A program made the position numbers and the translations under genes. Source: Trichoplax sp. H2 (Eukaryota). Taken from it: a stretch of 64,000 bases of DNA. This document shows, one piece after another, positions 23,601-38,300 of this stretch; position 1 is the first letter of the stretch; each line of letters starts with the position of its first letter. The stretch spans positions 372,001 to 436,000 of the forward strand of contig NOWV01000001.1 of NCBI GenBank assembly GCA_003344405.1. Reading direction: 5' to 3'. Under the pieces are notes generated by a model, which saw nothing but the letters and a program-made list of their open reading frames with translations, did no database searches and had not been told where the DNA came from.

Positions 23601-26600
23601 CTTATCTGTAGGCTTGTTGCAATTCTTCAATGTTGTTTAGGGTTATAGAGCTATATTCAGCATTGTCCATAAAAGCTTAAAATGAGTTTATCCAGACTCT
23701 AACAGTAATTATATAGTCAATATTCATAGCTCGTACTGCAGATCGCAAAATTCTTATTTATGTGCTAGTAGGACAGTAAACTCACTTGTGTTGATTGACA
23801 CTTTTACTTTTACTACCCCAAAGTGATTAAAAATAAAGAACCAAACTAGTATTTTGTATGATTGTACTCGTACACATAACGGCAGTATATTAGCTTATGA
23901 CTTACAGTCTAAATGGAGTCTGTAACCTTAACATTGACAAATATACTTTATGTTTGACCGAATCCTGTTCAATACCAACGGTTTATAAAAATTACTTATT
24001 ATAGTATAGCACTTTTTACTAGAATTATCAATATTTAATCAATACACCATAAGGTAAATTGTTATAGGATTTCGTTATACAATTTCCTTCCAATGCTGTC
24101 GATTTAGTTAAATTGAAGGGCAATTGTATATGTCTTATTTACATTCACTTAAAATTAATTTTTGATATGACTGGCTGTTTTGTAATTAATGTAAAATATA
24201 CGATGCTGCCATTATGTGCTGTCTTTGCATGTCTTGTATTACTGTATGTGAGTATTATTATTTTCGCAGTTAATACTACATATATCATGATAAGAGCTAT
24301 TGCCATTACAGCAGTATGTCGATATGGCTGATGGTTATAAAAATTATCCAGTTATTTTAATAAATTATCAGTAGAAATAAACTCAGTTACTGAAACGTTA
24401 TAGTTTAAGTACATTATTTCACATAAAATCTACTGATCTTGATTTCTAATTACAAGGTGGCTTTCTCGTTAGTTGTTTAATGTACTGCAATAAAGTCCTT
24501 AATAATGACATTCGATTAGTTTATACTGTACGTATACACTATTGCATAAGACTCTTAGAATACTCTTTGATGCTTTACTTGCAGTGTAAGATGCGCAGTA
24601 TTTTTTAAATTAAAAATCATCATGTACCTCTTTAGGGCTTCGTATTGATGTGGTAAAATAATTACATTCACTAAATTCTAAACAATTATTTCGTATACTT
24701 CAGGTTCGCGCGTTGAAAGAAAGAATAGAGAAAGACCGCGGCGATGCATTTCTAGCTGACGATTTAAAACTAATTTATGGTGGTAAGTTAAAGTTTTAAA
24801 AGTTTAATGCAATACTCCCACCAATGGTTTTCTAGGAATAAAATTATAAATTTTATGATACTACATGTAAACTATGATACGAAAGTATTTAATACACTAT
24901 GAAATATGTGTAGTAACAATATCATAAACTTTATTGTGTTGAACGTGAAATATTGGTATCACACAGTAGTTTTGAATATAGCTAATACAAATCTATTGTA
25001 TATAAAAAAAATTAGGCAAATTATTAAGCGATGATACTATAATTGAAGACGTCAAAATTAATCCGAAGAATTTTGTTGTTGTTATGGTGGCAAAGGTTAG
25101 ATTACTGATCGATGATTGGTTACTGTTATTGAATTCGAGAATCTATTTGACTGTTATATAAATATATGCTCTCTGTCTATATATATATATCTCTTATTTG
25201 GCATAAATTTTCCAGAAACAACCTTCGCGACAATCTTCATCGACAGATTCTGCAGCTGCTAGATCGGAGGTAGATATAAGAAGTAATAGTATCTGACGAA
25301 TCGAATATACCCCCATTAGATACTATTCTTACTTTATATTTTGCAAGTGGTTCAATTAACAATGCAGTACGCTGAATAGGAATACAGTGCATACTAGGAT
25401 GCAGTCGTATGAATAGGCATTGTATGTGTCTATCTGTAATAATACTTCAAGATTATATTTATGTTCCATAAAATACACTTTACTAACTATACATGATAAA
25501 GATCTAGCTAAGCTATGCAATTGCTAGATTTAACTGTTGTTAGTGATTACAATCGTGTTTATAAATGATCTTCATATGAACCTATGGTATGGTATATTAA
25601 ATAAAAACGAAATTTCTTTTATTATGTTATAATGCAATTAAAACATTTTTGATTTAAGGCTGCCTCTACTACAACTACTACGGATGTGGCTTCTAGTACA
25701 TCTACAACTGGGGGTGATAGCAAAGCCCAAGAAAAATCAGAAGCTAAAACTGAGACCAGGTATATGGTTTCTATTAATTTGCGTAAATTTTGATGAGCAA
25801 TCTGGTTTATGAATCTATATAGTACTTATTCTATAATACATTAAAAGTTCATGAATAAGAAAACCGTTCTTTTTAATGTTTATTAACAATCATCTACGAA
25901 TTACCTTTCTCAGTACTCCGCAATCTCAGCCGCAACAGTCTGGTAGCTCAGACAGCGATGCCGGCTCCTCTTTAAGTAAGAAGGACACTATACTATATAA
26001 CAAGGATAATATATACTAAGACTGTCTGCTTAATTTGGCTATTATTACGATATGAGTCATGTTTTTGTAATACTTACATTTTAGTCAGTGGCTCTTCTAT
26101 CGAGCAAATCGTTTCTGAAATTGTATCAATGGGATTCCCAAGGGATCAGGTAGTGTACAATATATCGATTAGATTTAACTTCTTTAGCTTCTATAACAAA
26201 TTTTTTGGCTAGCTTTGAGGTTACATTATCTATTTACAGTGAAGTCCAATAACTAAATGGAATAATTAGCTGACGATTTTATTGTGATTCTAAGCTATTT
26301 GTTACTACCAACAATCGATGTTAATAATTCATTACGCCGATGATATTTTAGGTCTTACTTGCCTTGAGAGCTAGCTTCAATAACCCTCATCGAGCTGTCG
26401 AATATCTGACAACTGTAAGATCATTGATTTCAGTTATCCAATTTGCAGCAAAAGATTTCTAACTATTTATAAACTTTCTGATATATCTAGGGAATTCCTG
26501 CTAATGTTTTAGAAACTCAAACTGCTGAAACTCCAACTGCAACTCAGTCGGAATCGCAAGCGGAACCACAAACACAACCGCAACCGCAGGAAGAAGAGGA

Positions 26601-27364
26601 TCAACAACAACGACAACAGAATCCATTACCTTCATCCCCTCAAGGTCTTTACCCATTAGTACAGTTTTTACAATACTAGTGTTGACTATTTCTCTGGTTG
26701 GACACTAAAATGCATGCTTTTGTTTTTCAGGAGGTCCTTTAGGATTTCTAAGATCGCAGGCAGTCTTTAGCCAAATGAGACAGATTGTTCAATCTAATCC
26801 TGAAGCATTAGCGCCAATGCTGCAACAGTTAGGACAAAATAATCCGCAGTTACTAGAGGTATACAATTATAACCTAATTTTAAAAACGAAATTTGATTAC
26901 GGCCTATATTATACCTGAGTATATTTGAAAGAGACTACGACAAATTATATATTACTTGTTCATAACTTTAGTTGATTAGAAATCATCAATCAGAATTTAT
27001 GGAATTAATGAACGAGCCTATCACTGAAGGCCAACCGAGAATTGCTCCCTATCAGCAACAGCAGCAGCAGCCGTCACGACAATCACCTGGTGGGCCCGGT
27101 CTTGGGTCGCTTGGTATATCTGTAACACAAGAAGAAAAGGAAGCCATCGATAGGGTACTAATTCCATTATGCTAATTGTTGTAAGATTTAGAATTGTATA
27201 TAAAAGATTGTGAATTAAATTTGTTCATTTTTACTCTTTTATTTAATTCGTTATAGTTGAAAGCATTAGGATTCGATGAGGGACTAGTTGTACAGGCTTA
27301 TTTTGCCTGTGATAAGAACGAAAATCTAGCTGCTAACTTCTTGCTTCAACAAAATGATGATTGA
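20691..27364 (+). CDS. RAD23: UV excision repair / proteasome shuttle protein RAD23, 12 coding exons, 380 aa
   Basis: Exons: 20691-20756, 24704-24782, 25016-25095, 25216-25269, 25659-25759, 25914-25975, 26085-26149, 26352-26414, 26491-26644, 26731-26858, 26972-27154, 27257-27364. UBL ([16 protein letters not shown]...[12 protein letters not shown]...FVVVMV), UBA1 ([27 protein letters not shown]), XPC-binding (FLRSQ...[22 protein letters not shown]), UBA2 (EKEAIDRLKALGF...[18 protein letters not shown]). A 5'UTR intron at 20518-20651 is possible. Confidence 0.97.
21022..21331. repeat. Direct duplication (~130-145 bp, period ~166 bp) in the first coding intron of RAD23
   Basis: ACGGTGTAG...GAGGAAGGATTGAAAGGCAAAAAGTATTTTCAACGCTCATCACC...TTGTCAATC at 21022-21153 and 21188-21331, with small indels. 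Confidence 0.9.
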
Positions 27365-29363
27365 TGTGTTTTGTAATTACAAAATTTGATAGCCGTTGAT
27401 GATGGCACGTTAGGTACCTTGTGGTTAAATTTTGCTACTATGTAATATTATCGCGTATCAACCTTGTATTGCATGGTTTCAGAAATGTTTTATTTCATAT
27501 CACTTCTAATGTTCTTATGCAATGGCGTCTATGATATAAATGAAAATCAGCCTCTACTATATCGTTGTTTTCCATAATTAATTCTATTATTAAAGAAGAG
27601 TACGGTAAGTTAATCGTTAATATCAAATAGGAACAGTAACAGGGTGAGCGTGACGTCGTAATGATGACAAAGATGATACGTTGTTAATTCCTGCATTTTT
27701 GAGACTATTTTAACAACTTTTATTCTATACAACCATCTGATACGGTATACACGTATGCGAATAAGTCTGAATTTAATTGTTCTAGTGTAAAATTCTATAT
27801 AAGTGGGATGCTTTAACAATTGTAAACATAAGTAAACTAAGTGTACAATCGAAAAGTCAAGTTTGGTATAAGTCATCTTGTGTGGGTTACTGTTTGTACG
27901 ATATAGTATAGCATAGCTCATTCTGAAGCCACAGCGAAAAAATATGCTACTCTGGGCTTAATAACTTATATCATCAATCTTACTTCGTTAGCTTACTGAA
28001 CCTTGCAGAAACTGTATCGACTGATCCGTTTAAAATAAAAATAACTTATAGCATTACGAACGCAAATTAGTTGTTAACTAACGTGGTATATATACTACAC
28101 TACTGCATTGGTGGACCACTATACCATACAGTTGTGATTGGCAACTTAATTTACCAGGCGATAATATATATATTTACAGAGCTGCAATCAATACAGTATG
28201 TGCTATTGCAATACATTTCGGTACCGGTAGTATGTGACATAAAAATATTAGGTGTTATTGCTTTACGACAACAAATAAGATTCACAGTATTGAGACTGGA
28301 TTTCTTCGTGTCACTGATAATAGTTATAATATAATTCCTAAACTTTCTTGCTAGGCATTAGTTAATTTCATCGTTATGATTACAAGTTTACACCGGCTAT
28401 TTTTCGTTCTCGGGAATTGCAATTTAATATTATTTATGCCATTGTATCTATTATACATGCGTGGAATCATTGATTAGATATGATTGTACCGTTCAAACGA
28501 ATAAAATAATCAGGTAAACGGAAAATGCAATCGCATCAACCACTTGAGTATGGTTGAAACGGGAAAAATACAGTTCTACAGTTTATTGCTGCAATAGTAA
28601 AATATCCGTATTTTCATGCCTTTGATAGGCAAAGAGAGTACAGCCGACAAATATCATTTCAGGTTCATAACTTACGAAACGTTGGATAGTTATATAAAAT
28701 CATATACCGAATGATAAATAAAATAAAATTCTTTTACAGGTCACTTGCTATTGAAAACATATAGCAGGCTTATATAATATAATAATATATTACAAAATGA
28801 AGCATTAGCTTGTTGGGGATGGTATAATTTCAGCATTGTAGATGCATTGATAGCGACAGTAATACTACAGGGGATTCATACGATCTGCAGATAAATTTAA
28901 TATATTTTACAAAGATTGTCGTGTATCTGAAGGAAAGCAAAGTAGGCTATTGAGCGCATTAATATAAAATTTTGATATCTATACAATTTTATAAATTTTC
29001 TATTTCTATTATCTTCAATGTAGGATACTGCAGACAATTATAATAGATATCGGTCTCTGAAGTGTTAAATATTACTGGCTTGATATAACAAGAATTCGAT
29101 TTATCAAAAGTTGACAAAAATTAATCAAGATAGCAAAGTTACGTCTTTTACAGCATCTAAGAAATAGATAAGCCATTCCGTATATTACATTCTTTCTAAT
29201 TCTGTTTAAGCCGTATAGCAATAAAAATTTTTGATACTTGCGTGTACATAGAAATGAATAACTAACTTTTACAATTAAATTAAGTTCGAACAATTACGCA
29301 TTGCATCTTGGCTTGACAGCAGCTTTGCTAGCTTATGTAATCATGAAAGTTTTTTCATCAATA

Positions 29364-32300
29364 CTATGAGATTATACAGTCGGATCCTTTCTCAGTTGGT
29401 GATGAGCTCTCTATTGGATGAATTGTTGATGGTATCGTTTCACCTTTCTGCACGTTTTGCGGGTCAGGCGAAACAATATTTTCATGAGGTTTTTCTACCG
29501 ATGATAAGGTATCAGTAGATATTTTTTCAACGCTTTCTTCGTGGGACAAGTTACCTTGTGGAGTAACGTTTGGCGATGCAATAGGGGTATCAGAATTGAT
29601 GTTCCCCAATGCCATTAACTGACAATAAATAACAAACTTCCTGTAACCATAACTATTAAAAAAAGATTTATAGCACATTAATTCTAGTATTCAGTATAAA
29701 TATTAGATTAAAACGTGCATGTAATGAATAATAAAGGAACAATACACTACCATTCATGATTTGCCCATACTTCCAGATCGCGTAGGCCACATTTTATTCT
29801 ATCTGTTGTATTAGCAGTCAATATGGAAGGTTGTAATTGTGCACGCTGAATAATTTTATGAATCGCATGACCATCAAAAAGTAATATTGCGAGAAGCAAT
29901 GCCCATTCTAGACTATCTGTTGCTAACATAAGGTCCAGCATGTATCTAAAACGTTTGATAGTATAACTTTCTATTATTATGGATTAAAGATTTGCTTATT
30001 GATAATAAATATGCAAATATAGCTTAAGAAACCTCAATTCCATTGCTCTCTGTGGATGACAGTTCATTATCACTTCTTCATACATATCATCTACGTCCGC
30101 AAACGATATCGTAGTATCCTCTACGTCTTCCAACACAGATGCAGCACATGAAGTATCAACGGAAGTAACCAAGCTGTCATTGCTAGAAGGTGCTAGATTG
30201 CAGAAAAAGTCATCCTTAATCAACTATAAATATCTTATCAGGTCAACAATTATTACATACCTTTTAAATATTCTGGTGCTAATAAATGACTTGCGGCATT
30301 GTTTTCCATTCGTGTTAGGATGCTAGCTTGGTATTGTGAACTGTCGATGTTACTATCCGGTGTAAATTCAGATGTGGCCCGTTGATAGTTAGTGGAAGAG
30401 TCTTCCAGAGAAAGCTGACGAAGGTTCAAAGCGTTATCTATACAATACGTTAACAATATTAATTAGATTACTTTATTGCCAATTAAGCAAATAATAATGT
30501 TGTTATCAGACGAGTACAATATGAAAAATTGAAAAGAATTGATGTAAAGCGTAAATTTTTTCTTACGTGTCAAATCTTCCAGTAATATCTTTTTAGCTTC
30601 CTCAGTCTTTGCAGTATCTGAAGATGATTCAGAATTGTTTCCTTACAACGAAACGTAGCATTTGTTAAAATATAATTCAAATAATGTACACTCATAAGAA
30701 TGCCGTACAAGTAACTCATCATGAATGAATTACGTATCTACCTGGAAACGGCCAATCAAATTGTTTATGAATTTTTAACAAGCAAGAGGGAAAATCTTCA
30801 ATTGCAGTTATGTGCACCCTACATCGGTTACGATTATAAAGTAATCAAGCAAATACACTTTATACTTTGATATTAAAACTAATGAACGTGCAAAATTAAT
30901 TATGTTACCGTTCTTTTATCAACCATTCGTATAAAGGAAAGTCAAGATAAGCAGAGAATAGTCCCAATTCTCGCAATTGGCACGATTTCAGTAGATTGGT
31001 GGCATGATTTTTAAGAACACTATCTACATAAAACTGAAGGCATAACAATTTAATTGGAACATACATTATATGATAGCAGAAATTAGATGGCGTAAATGTA
31101 CCGTGTTTAACTGAGTTGCAATTTCTTGCGAGTTGACATTTCAAAATTATTATACAAAGATTATGCGTTGACTTCTAGATTACCTCTGTCTCTTCAACGG
31201 TATAACCTTTCTCGGCGGTACTTTGGCTTAATCTATCTCGTATAGTGCTACCTGATATTACTAAACTATTCTTCTTCGATGAGGGCCAACTTGTAGTTTC
31301 GCCACTTCGTGTTGGCGTCACTGGAGGTGTTAATGGACCACTACTACTTATCGAAGTGCGCGGTGGAGTATCGGAACAAGGCCCTATAAACATTAATAAA
31401 TCGGAAGACGCTCAGAGCTACGCTAAAATATATTGATAAATAATATTTAACAAACCTGCAGCTCGTAGGAAGCGAACGACGTCTTGAGCGAGCTACAAAT
31501 TTAATTGAAAGACATAACAGCACGAATTAGAGACTATAAGTTAAGATTGTAATTTCGTAATATTTCCAAATCAGTACGATGATTTGCGAGAAATGATCAT
31601 TAGAATTATAAAATAATATGATGAGATAGTATAACTCGTACCTCCCATTTGTGTTTTGCTAACGCCGTATCCAGCAACAACGTTGCGTGCTAATACATAT
31701 ATGATAAAGTAAAAATCATTTTGTATTTTGATCGCTAAAAGCAGCAAGCGATTAAACTTTTATTCATTAATGTACGGAACTACTTACAAGGCGACTGACA
31801 TCAGAAGGCTCTAAGTTTTGCAATATAATCAAGCAGGACGTTGCAGTTTCTAAATCACCACTTGCTAAGCATTCCTAGAAACAAAAATATTATTAACGGT
31901 ATTTATTATATCTAACAAAAGCGATCTATATCGGTGCTTATCCTATTAGTTTAATTTCGATAAGACAATGTAAGAAATTAGACTAACCTCAAACATATTT
32001 TTAGGATTTCCAACAGCAGCAAATAAATAATCCCATAAATCAAACTCCGTTTTTCTAGCACAGTGGACAACAATATGATAGTACGATGGAAATTCTTGTA
32101 TGAAAGCTACAATACGCGGGAGAAGTGCATCTACAGAACAAGAGGATACAAGATATCCATTAAAATCTTACATGCCATTACTATTGCGAACTTGATTCAA
32201 ATAGCAACTTCTTATTGTACTTATTATCTGATTATAAGCGAATATTATTGCAAGACAAACCAGGCATAGGCTCAGATGCCGTAGCTTCTTCTTCTAATAC

Positions 32301-35300
32301 CTCGTGCAACATCAGTTCAAGTATGTGAGAAAAATAAGGTAATGACATGCAACAGCGAGCGACCTCATAAGCATGCACATCCAAACTAAGAAATATGAGA
32401 TTTTAAGTCAAAATAATTAATACTGTTGTTGTCCAGTAGTTCACAGTATATTAAAAGTAAAATATTTACAGCTTAGAAATTGCAAGGTTAACATAGCGTA
32501 TCATACATTAAGATTTTTACATGTTGGTTACTACAATACAGATTTATTCAATATTCATACTGTTTATAAATACATAGAATCTAAAAATACTATAGTAAAT
32601 TAATGAACTTACTTTCTTCGAAGGAGTTGTCTCAATATATGATGCAAATATATTTGAGTCTAATAGAAAAGAATATTAAAATTAATCAAAGAAAAATTAT
32701 GAGTCTGCGAAGCCCTAGAATAACTCACCGTGCGATCAATCGAGTAAAATGGAAAAGTAACATCGGATTTGCCAGGAGATTTTAGATCTATAGTTTCATT
32801 AGAGGCGCCCAAGATCACAGCTTCCTCAAAAAGTACAGCTAAGGTAGAATTATAGCTTTAAACTTTATGTCACTATATTAGGTAAGGATGTATTCAAGCG
32901 TATTAAATATATGTTATAAGTAGTATTACCTTGGGGATACACGTCGAGTTTAAAGGGTAGCATAATGCGCTTAGCAACAAAGTTCGGTTGTTTACCTTCA
33001 CTGCTTGGATATAATGGAAGCCATACCTATCAAATATTATTGTATACAGATAGCAATAATTGTTTGAAAGAATCATAAATATCTGAACTAGATATCGATG
33101 CAATTAATGCAAATGATGTATCACTGATTGTAATTGTAAAAGTAGCGAGTTTATACTAACGGTAATTAAGCAATATATACTGTAATACATAATGACCATT
33201 ATACTATACTTACTTTCATCCCGTCAGCACCACATCCAAGCCATAGGGCATCGGTTAGATACTTATGGGTAGTCCTAGTCCTAGGAGTAGACCACACCAT
33301 TTCCACGGTTGATGATAATGCAATTGGGCAGCTAAATGCAGCCTGTATAATTTTACAATCGAATAACGTCACCAAAGTGAATGCACTAGTAATCGCATCT
33401 TCGAATTATCATAAAGATTGTGAAGACACTTTGATATTCTTAAACAAATAGCAATGCCATTTTATTGTAGATTTACAGTTCATTTACCTGTGTAGCTTTC
33501 TTTGATCTGTCGCGTGGTAATAAAATTAGGCGACCAGCAATATTTAGGAGTAGTGATTCTGGTTCTTTTTCGTCTACGAGAAAGTATAAACTAAGGTATA
33601 AGGCTCTTTATCGTAATAATAAACTTTACTATCAATAGTTAGTGTTACTAGTGATACGACAATGCATAGATAATAACAGTTGTACCATTACCAGATTCAG
33701 CATTAATGCACGTTAGAGTGACTGAAATCAGTGCGTTCCCATGTGGCACATAACTCTCTAAGGAAATATCTTGAAGCCGATGTAGCACGGCTACAGGATG
33801 ATCTAAAAATATCCATCAATTAGTCAAAATTTTATGAAGATTTCATTTTAATAGTACGCTGAAATTTTCTAATTCAGTACACATAAATTTCCATCTGCAA
33901 AGTTCCAGGGTACATTGTAATACAATAAACATGTTAAGGCAAAGACATACGTTGCTTCTTTTCTTTTTTTTCAATCTTGTATAAACGAAGTTTGCAGTTG
34001 CTACCATATACCATGATGAAATCACGATATACATTTAGAAGGATAGCTGAGCTAGAAAGTTTCTCCGAAGTCATAAATGCATTATCCAAGTTGAGACCTC
34101 GTGGATAGATTCTTAACTGCGTATGTAAATTAAAACAAAATATTAAAAATGGGTTATGAAAATATTAGCAATTGTAAAATATTCTTTAAAATATACCTCT
34201 TCCTGGGCTTGTTGGATATTATAACAGGCAACCATTAGCATATCTTTCCACCATGCCAAGCCACCGGTAACAGAAAAATTTTGCTCCTAATACAAGAGAT
34301 AACTTAGCTTTACTATGTCATAATTTCAGTTTCTTAGAGGCTATTACATAACTCAAATTCTACTCAAGAAAGTTACCATACCTGGGCAATATTACCAAAT
34401 AATTTCCATTTTTGAGTTGCTATAGAATAATGAGCGATACCCATAACAGCAGCTACAGCTAAATAACGTCCTGTTTTATCAATCGCAGAATACTGAAATA
34501 TAAAAAACTTTTTTCAGTTCTATGGCATAACTAGGTTTTATAACGATACAAAGCTTTTTCATACGTCTTCTACAATTTCAGATAGTTCAACTTTATAACA
34601 CGAACACAAATGATACTCTTACCCGTATCGGCCAATTTTCTCCAACCATATAACTAGAAGGAACCTGAAGCGATTAAATAACTGGGTCATTATATTGTAT
34701 CGATTGATTCAGCTCATAAATGCATGTTAGTATGCTATTACATGAATGACAAACTCAAAATATACAGGGAAATTTACCTGAATTACACACCACTGTTTAC
34801 TTCCCAATAAGATATTTATATCTGCTTGGGATTGATTTGGTTGATTCCCTTTATTAAATGATCTCTCATCAAGTGATGAATTATATGAATTTATATCATT
34901 AACAGATCTTAGATAGCCAGAGGTAGAGTTGCTATCTAGAATATGTAAATATAATCTATCTTCCGCTTGTAGTAGCACGTGACAAATGTTTCCCTATGAA
35001 GCAATATCGGATAGATGATATTACATGATAAAGTAATGAAAAAGTATTGTAGTAAAAATATTAGTTTAATTGTGACTCTACGTCACTCGTACATATGCAA
35101 TTATTTACAATTACCGCGTTGGGATTGACGCTACTTGCACTTTTAACAAATTGCATTTGGTAGATACATTCTGGAATGCACCGAAACATTTATCAGTTTA
35201 AATAAAAGCTAAAAATCGAAGAAAAAATTACGTCATACCTGGAGAAGAATCAAATGTTTCACTTTTATCCACAACAAACCATAGGTGATAACCTTCAACG

Positions 35301-38300
35301 TCCCAGTCCTAGAGCACCAATATGCATTATATCATAAGTAAAAAGTGTAGTCGATGAATAAGTTGTAAATTGTATTAAGACTTACCAAATCTCTTATTTG
35401 TAAAGTTTGATTGCTCAAACCATCAATTAAAGGTCTGATAAAGAATGATCCGTTACTGAAAATGAAGTGATCACTACTTGCTACTTTAATAATGACAGTA
35501 ATTATGTTACCTATAGTCCATTCTTAAAGTGCATAATATTAAAGAACCGAATACTGTCCAAATGGCAAGTCCACATTTTTCCCAAGACATTGCTAATACA
35601 CAGCCATCAGGTGACCATCTGATGCATCTAACAGCTCCAGCAACACTCGAGACATCTATATAAGTAAATAGCGCTTTTAGCTTAACCAATTTTATATGAA
35701 ATAAATTCACAAAGTTCAGTTTATAAGACGTAGTTTTCGTTAGCTATAGATTACCTATAGGGTCTTTATGTACAAATTTTAGTTTATGCGATAAGTTCAA
35801 AGCGCCGGTGACCTCATCTAGGTTATAGGCTGCGGCTTGTCCGCTATAAGAGTATGCATTTTAAGAGAATTTTTACGTATTCAGTAAAGTTTTGGACTGA
35901 ACTTCTATCATGACAGTATGTTAATATTTTGATTAAGCTGCAATACACACTTGGAAAGGCCAAAAACTATAAAACGATATTTATTGTTGATTGCAATACA
36001 TGTAGCGGTTGAAGTATTCTTCGCCCAGACAGCATATAAACTCTACAAGTTAGAAAATGAATAATATGCCATAAAGCGAATCTTTAAATTCAATTCCGAA
36101 TTTAGCCAAACTACGATAGTTTGTCTTTGTACACAAATAGCAAAAGGTACGTATAGCTACTTAGCTTACATTTGGAGATACAGTGGGAGCACTGCATAAT
36201 ACGAAAGCGCCCCTACCGTCTTCAAGAATAATTGCATACCCATGAAGTGATCGGCTATATTCAATGGCAATAATGTATGAATCATCCGGGCTTAAGAATG
36301 ACGCTAGAAAGACAAAGATCAATCTTAAAAGAGGTTATGCTGTACGCGTACATTGAAGAATAGAATTATGCTAAAGAATGAATTTATATTTTATCGTTTT
36401 AAAAAAGACCTTTTGCATTTGATTGATCTGCCGAAAATGGTATGTTATTAATTTGAACAGTTAATTGAGCATATAGCAATCCATCCCACTTATAATGGAA
36501 AATATTGCCACCTCTCGTTGTTACAATTATTTCCTCTTGACGACATATGATACTATCCAATTGGTTATACAGTTAAATAACGAAGGAAAAATATACAACG
36601 GTTACAATGCATATACTACATTTTACCTATAAAATAATAAAAGTACTATAATTGATGACAAGACTACGATATAAACTATATATAATTCGAACTGTTAAAG
36701 TCGCCTAAGTACAAACTCTGTTGTTCCATCTTTGATTGGTACACCACACTTGAAATTAAGCGTCCATGAAGGAACAACGCCAAGGTCTTCGCTAACTACT
36801 TCTGAACGTATAACTCTAAAAGTAATATCCACCATTTCAAGTATATTAATCAATACTGCATTGTTGTATCTAATACACTTGTAAAGCAAAGGCAAATAGG
36901 ACGCAAATACTGTAGAACTGAATACCTTTTCGATTTGATGCGATAAAGTTCGTGATCTTTCTGATTTAAAGAATCTTTACAAACGTTTAATATGACTATA
37001 AAGCCTTTATTAGTCTACAAGAGAATCAAAATAAGTATAATTATTTTTTAGCATCGTATTAAATAAGAGTTACACCTATTTGACAGTGCAATTATTTGTG
37101 ACAACTAAATAAGGGATGATTCACGCATAATAAACATTATCTGTAAGAGTATTACTTAGAGTACATTTCCATTGCTTAACTATCTGCAACGACGTTTATA
37201 TACTGTACAGTACAGTAGTTGAAATTATACGTACTATTCACAGGACCAAGGTGGCGTAATTATCACAAAATCATCATTATTACCATCATTATGCTTACAT
37301 CGTATAGCATTTTAATTGTATAGTTCATACTCGTCATGTTTACATCGTGGTATCACAGGCATTATAAAAATAAGTACGGTAATATTACTTGTTGATTGAC
37401 CATCTGATAAAGAAGCAACTTGGTTATACTGTAATTATGCCTGCTTTTCAACGTCGGAATTGCATTTGCAAGTGTAATACTACAGCTACAATATGTGCGC
37501 AACGTAGATCGTAGTTTGCTATAATCTTAACTGTAAAAATAATTTTTTATGTTAGAGCACGATGATGGCTAAATGATAGGTAATAGTATTATTACATTTC
37601 TATTAAATTGCAATCTACCAGCATACCTTATCTATTAATACCGTAATGATATCAATTAAAAAGTTTGATTCGACTGAATTAATCAATAGATGCTAGCAAT
37701 GGTACTACAAAAATAAGATGTACTGTACACTAAAGAAGATCCTTATAATTGAGTGATATCTGCCTTGCTAACTTACCCTAATTGCGAGAGCCGAAGCATC
37801 AGATTTCCAATGGAGATCAACAAAATATCCCATTTGTTTTAAAGCACGTTCCGGCCAAACATATACGGCTATTAAAGCTCTGGGCTGAAATTAAAGTTTA
37901 CATAAATAGGATCAAATATCAAATAGAGAATTTTGTAAAGTGACCCTGCTACTATACATTGGATTTGCTGCTACATTATCTTTTCGTAGACATCAGATGT
38001 CTCTTTTAAACAGCTACAAGTTATTTTAAGATTACTTGGCATGAGTCATTTGATAGGCTGTAACTTAATTGTAATTAATTTTAAAAAAAATTAGTAGAAG
38101 TTATTGGAAACAAGCGCATAGGTAGGGCCAAGAATACCATTTATTGGTGAATAATACTGTCTTGTAGTCAGTATTGGGCAGTGATCACACTTTTGCAATG
38201 CTTTATTCTTATCAATTAGCACGAGCTTTGTCCGCAATGGCAGGAGTGAATTTAATTAATTCAATATGTGTATATTCAGATATAATGTATGTTGGCTATG

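Noticed and set aside
20792..24331. Short ORFs inside the long RAD23 intron as a nested gene
   Set aside because: No recognisable domains and no coherent exon chain.
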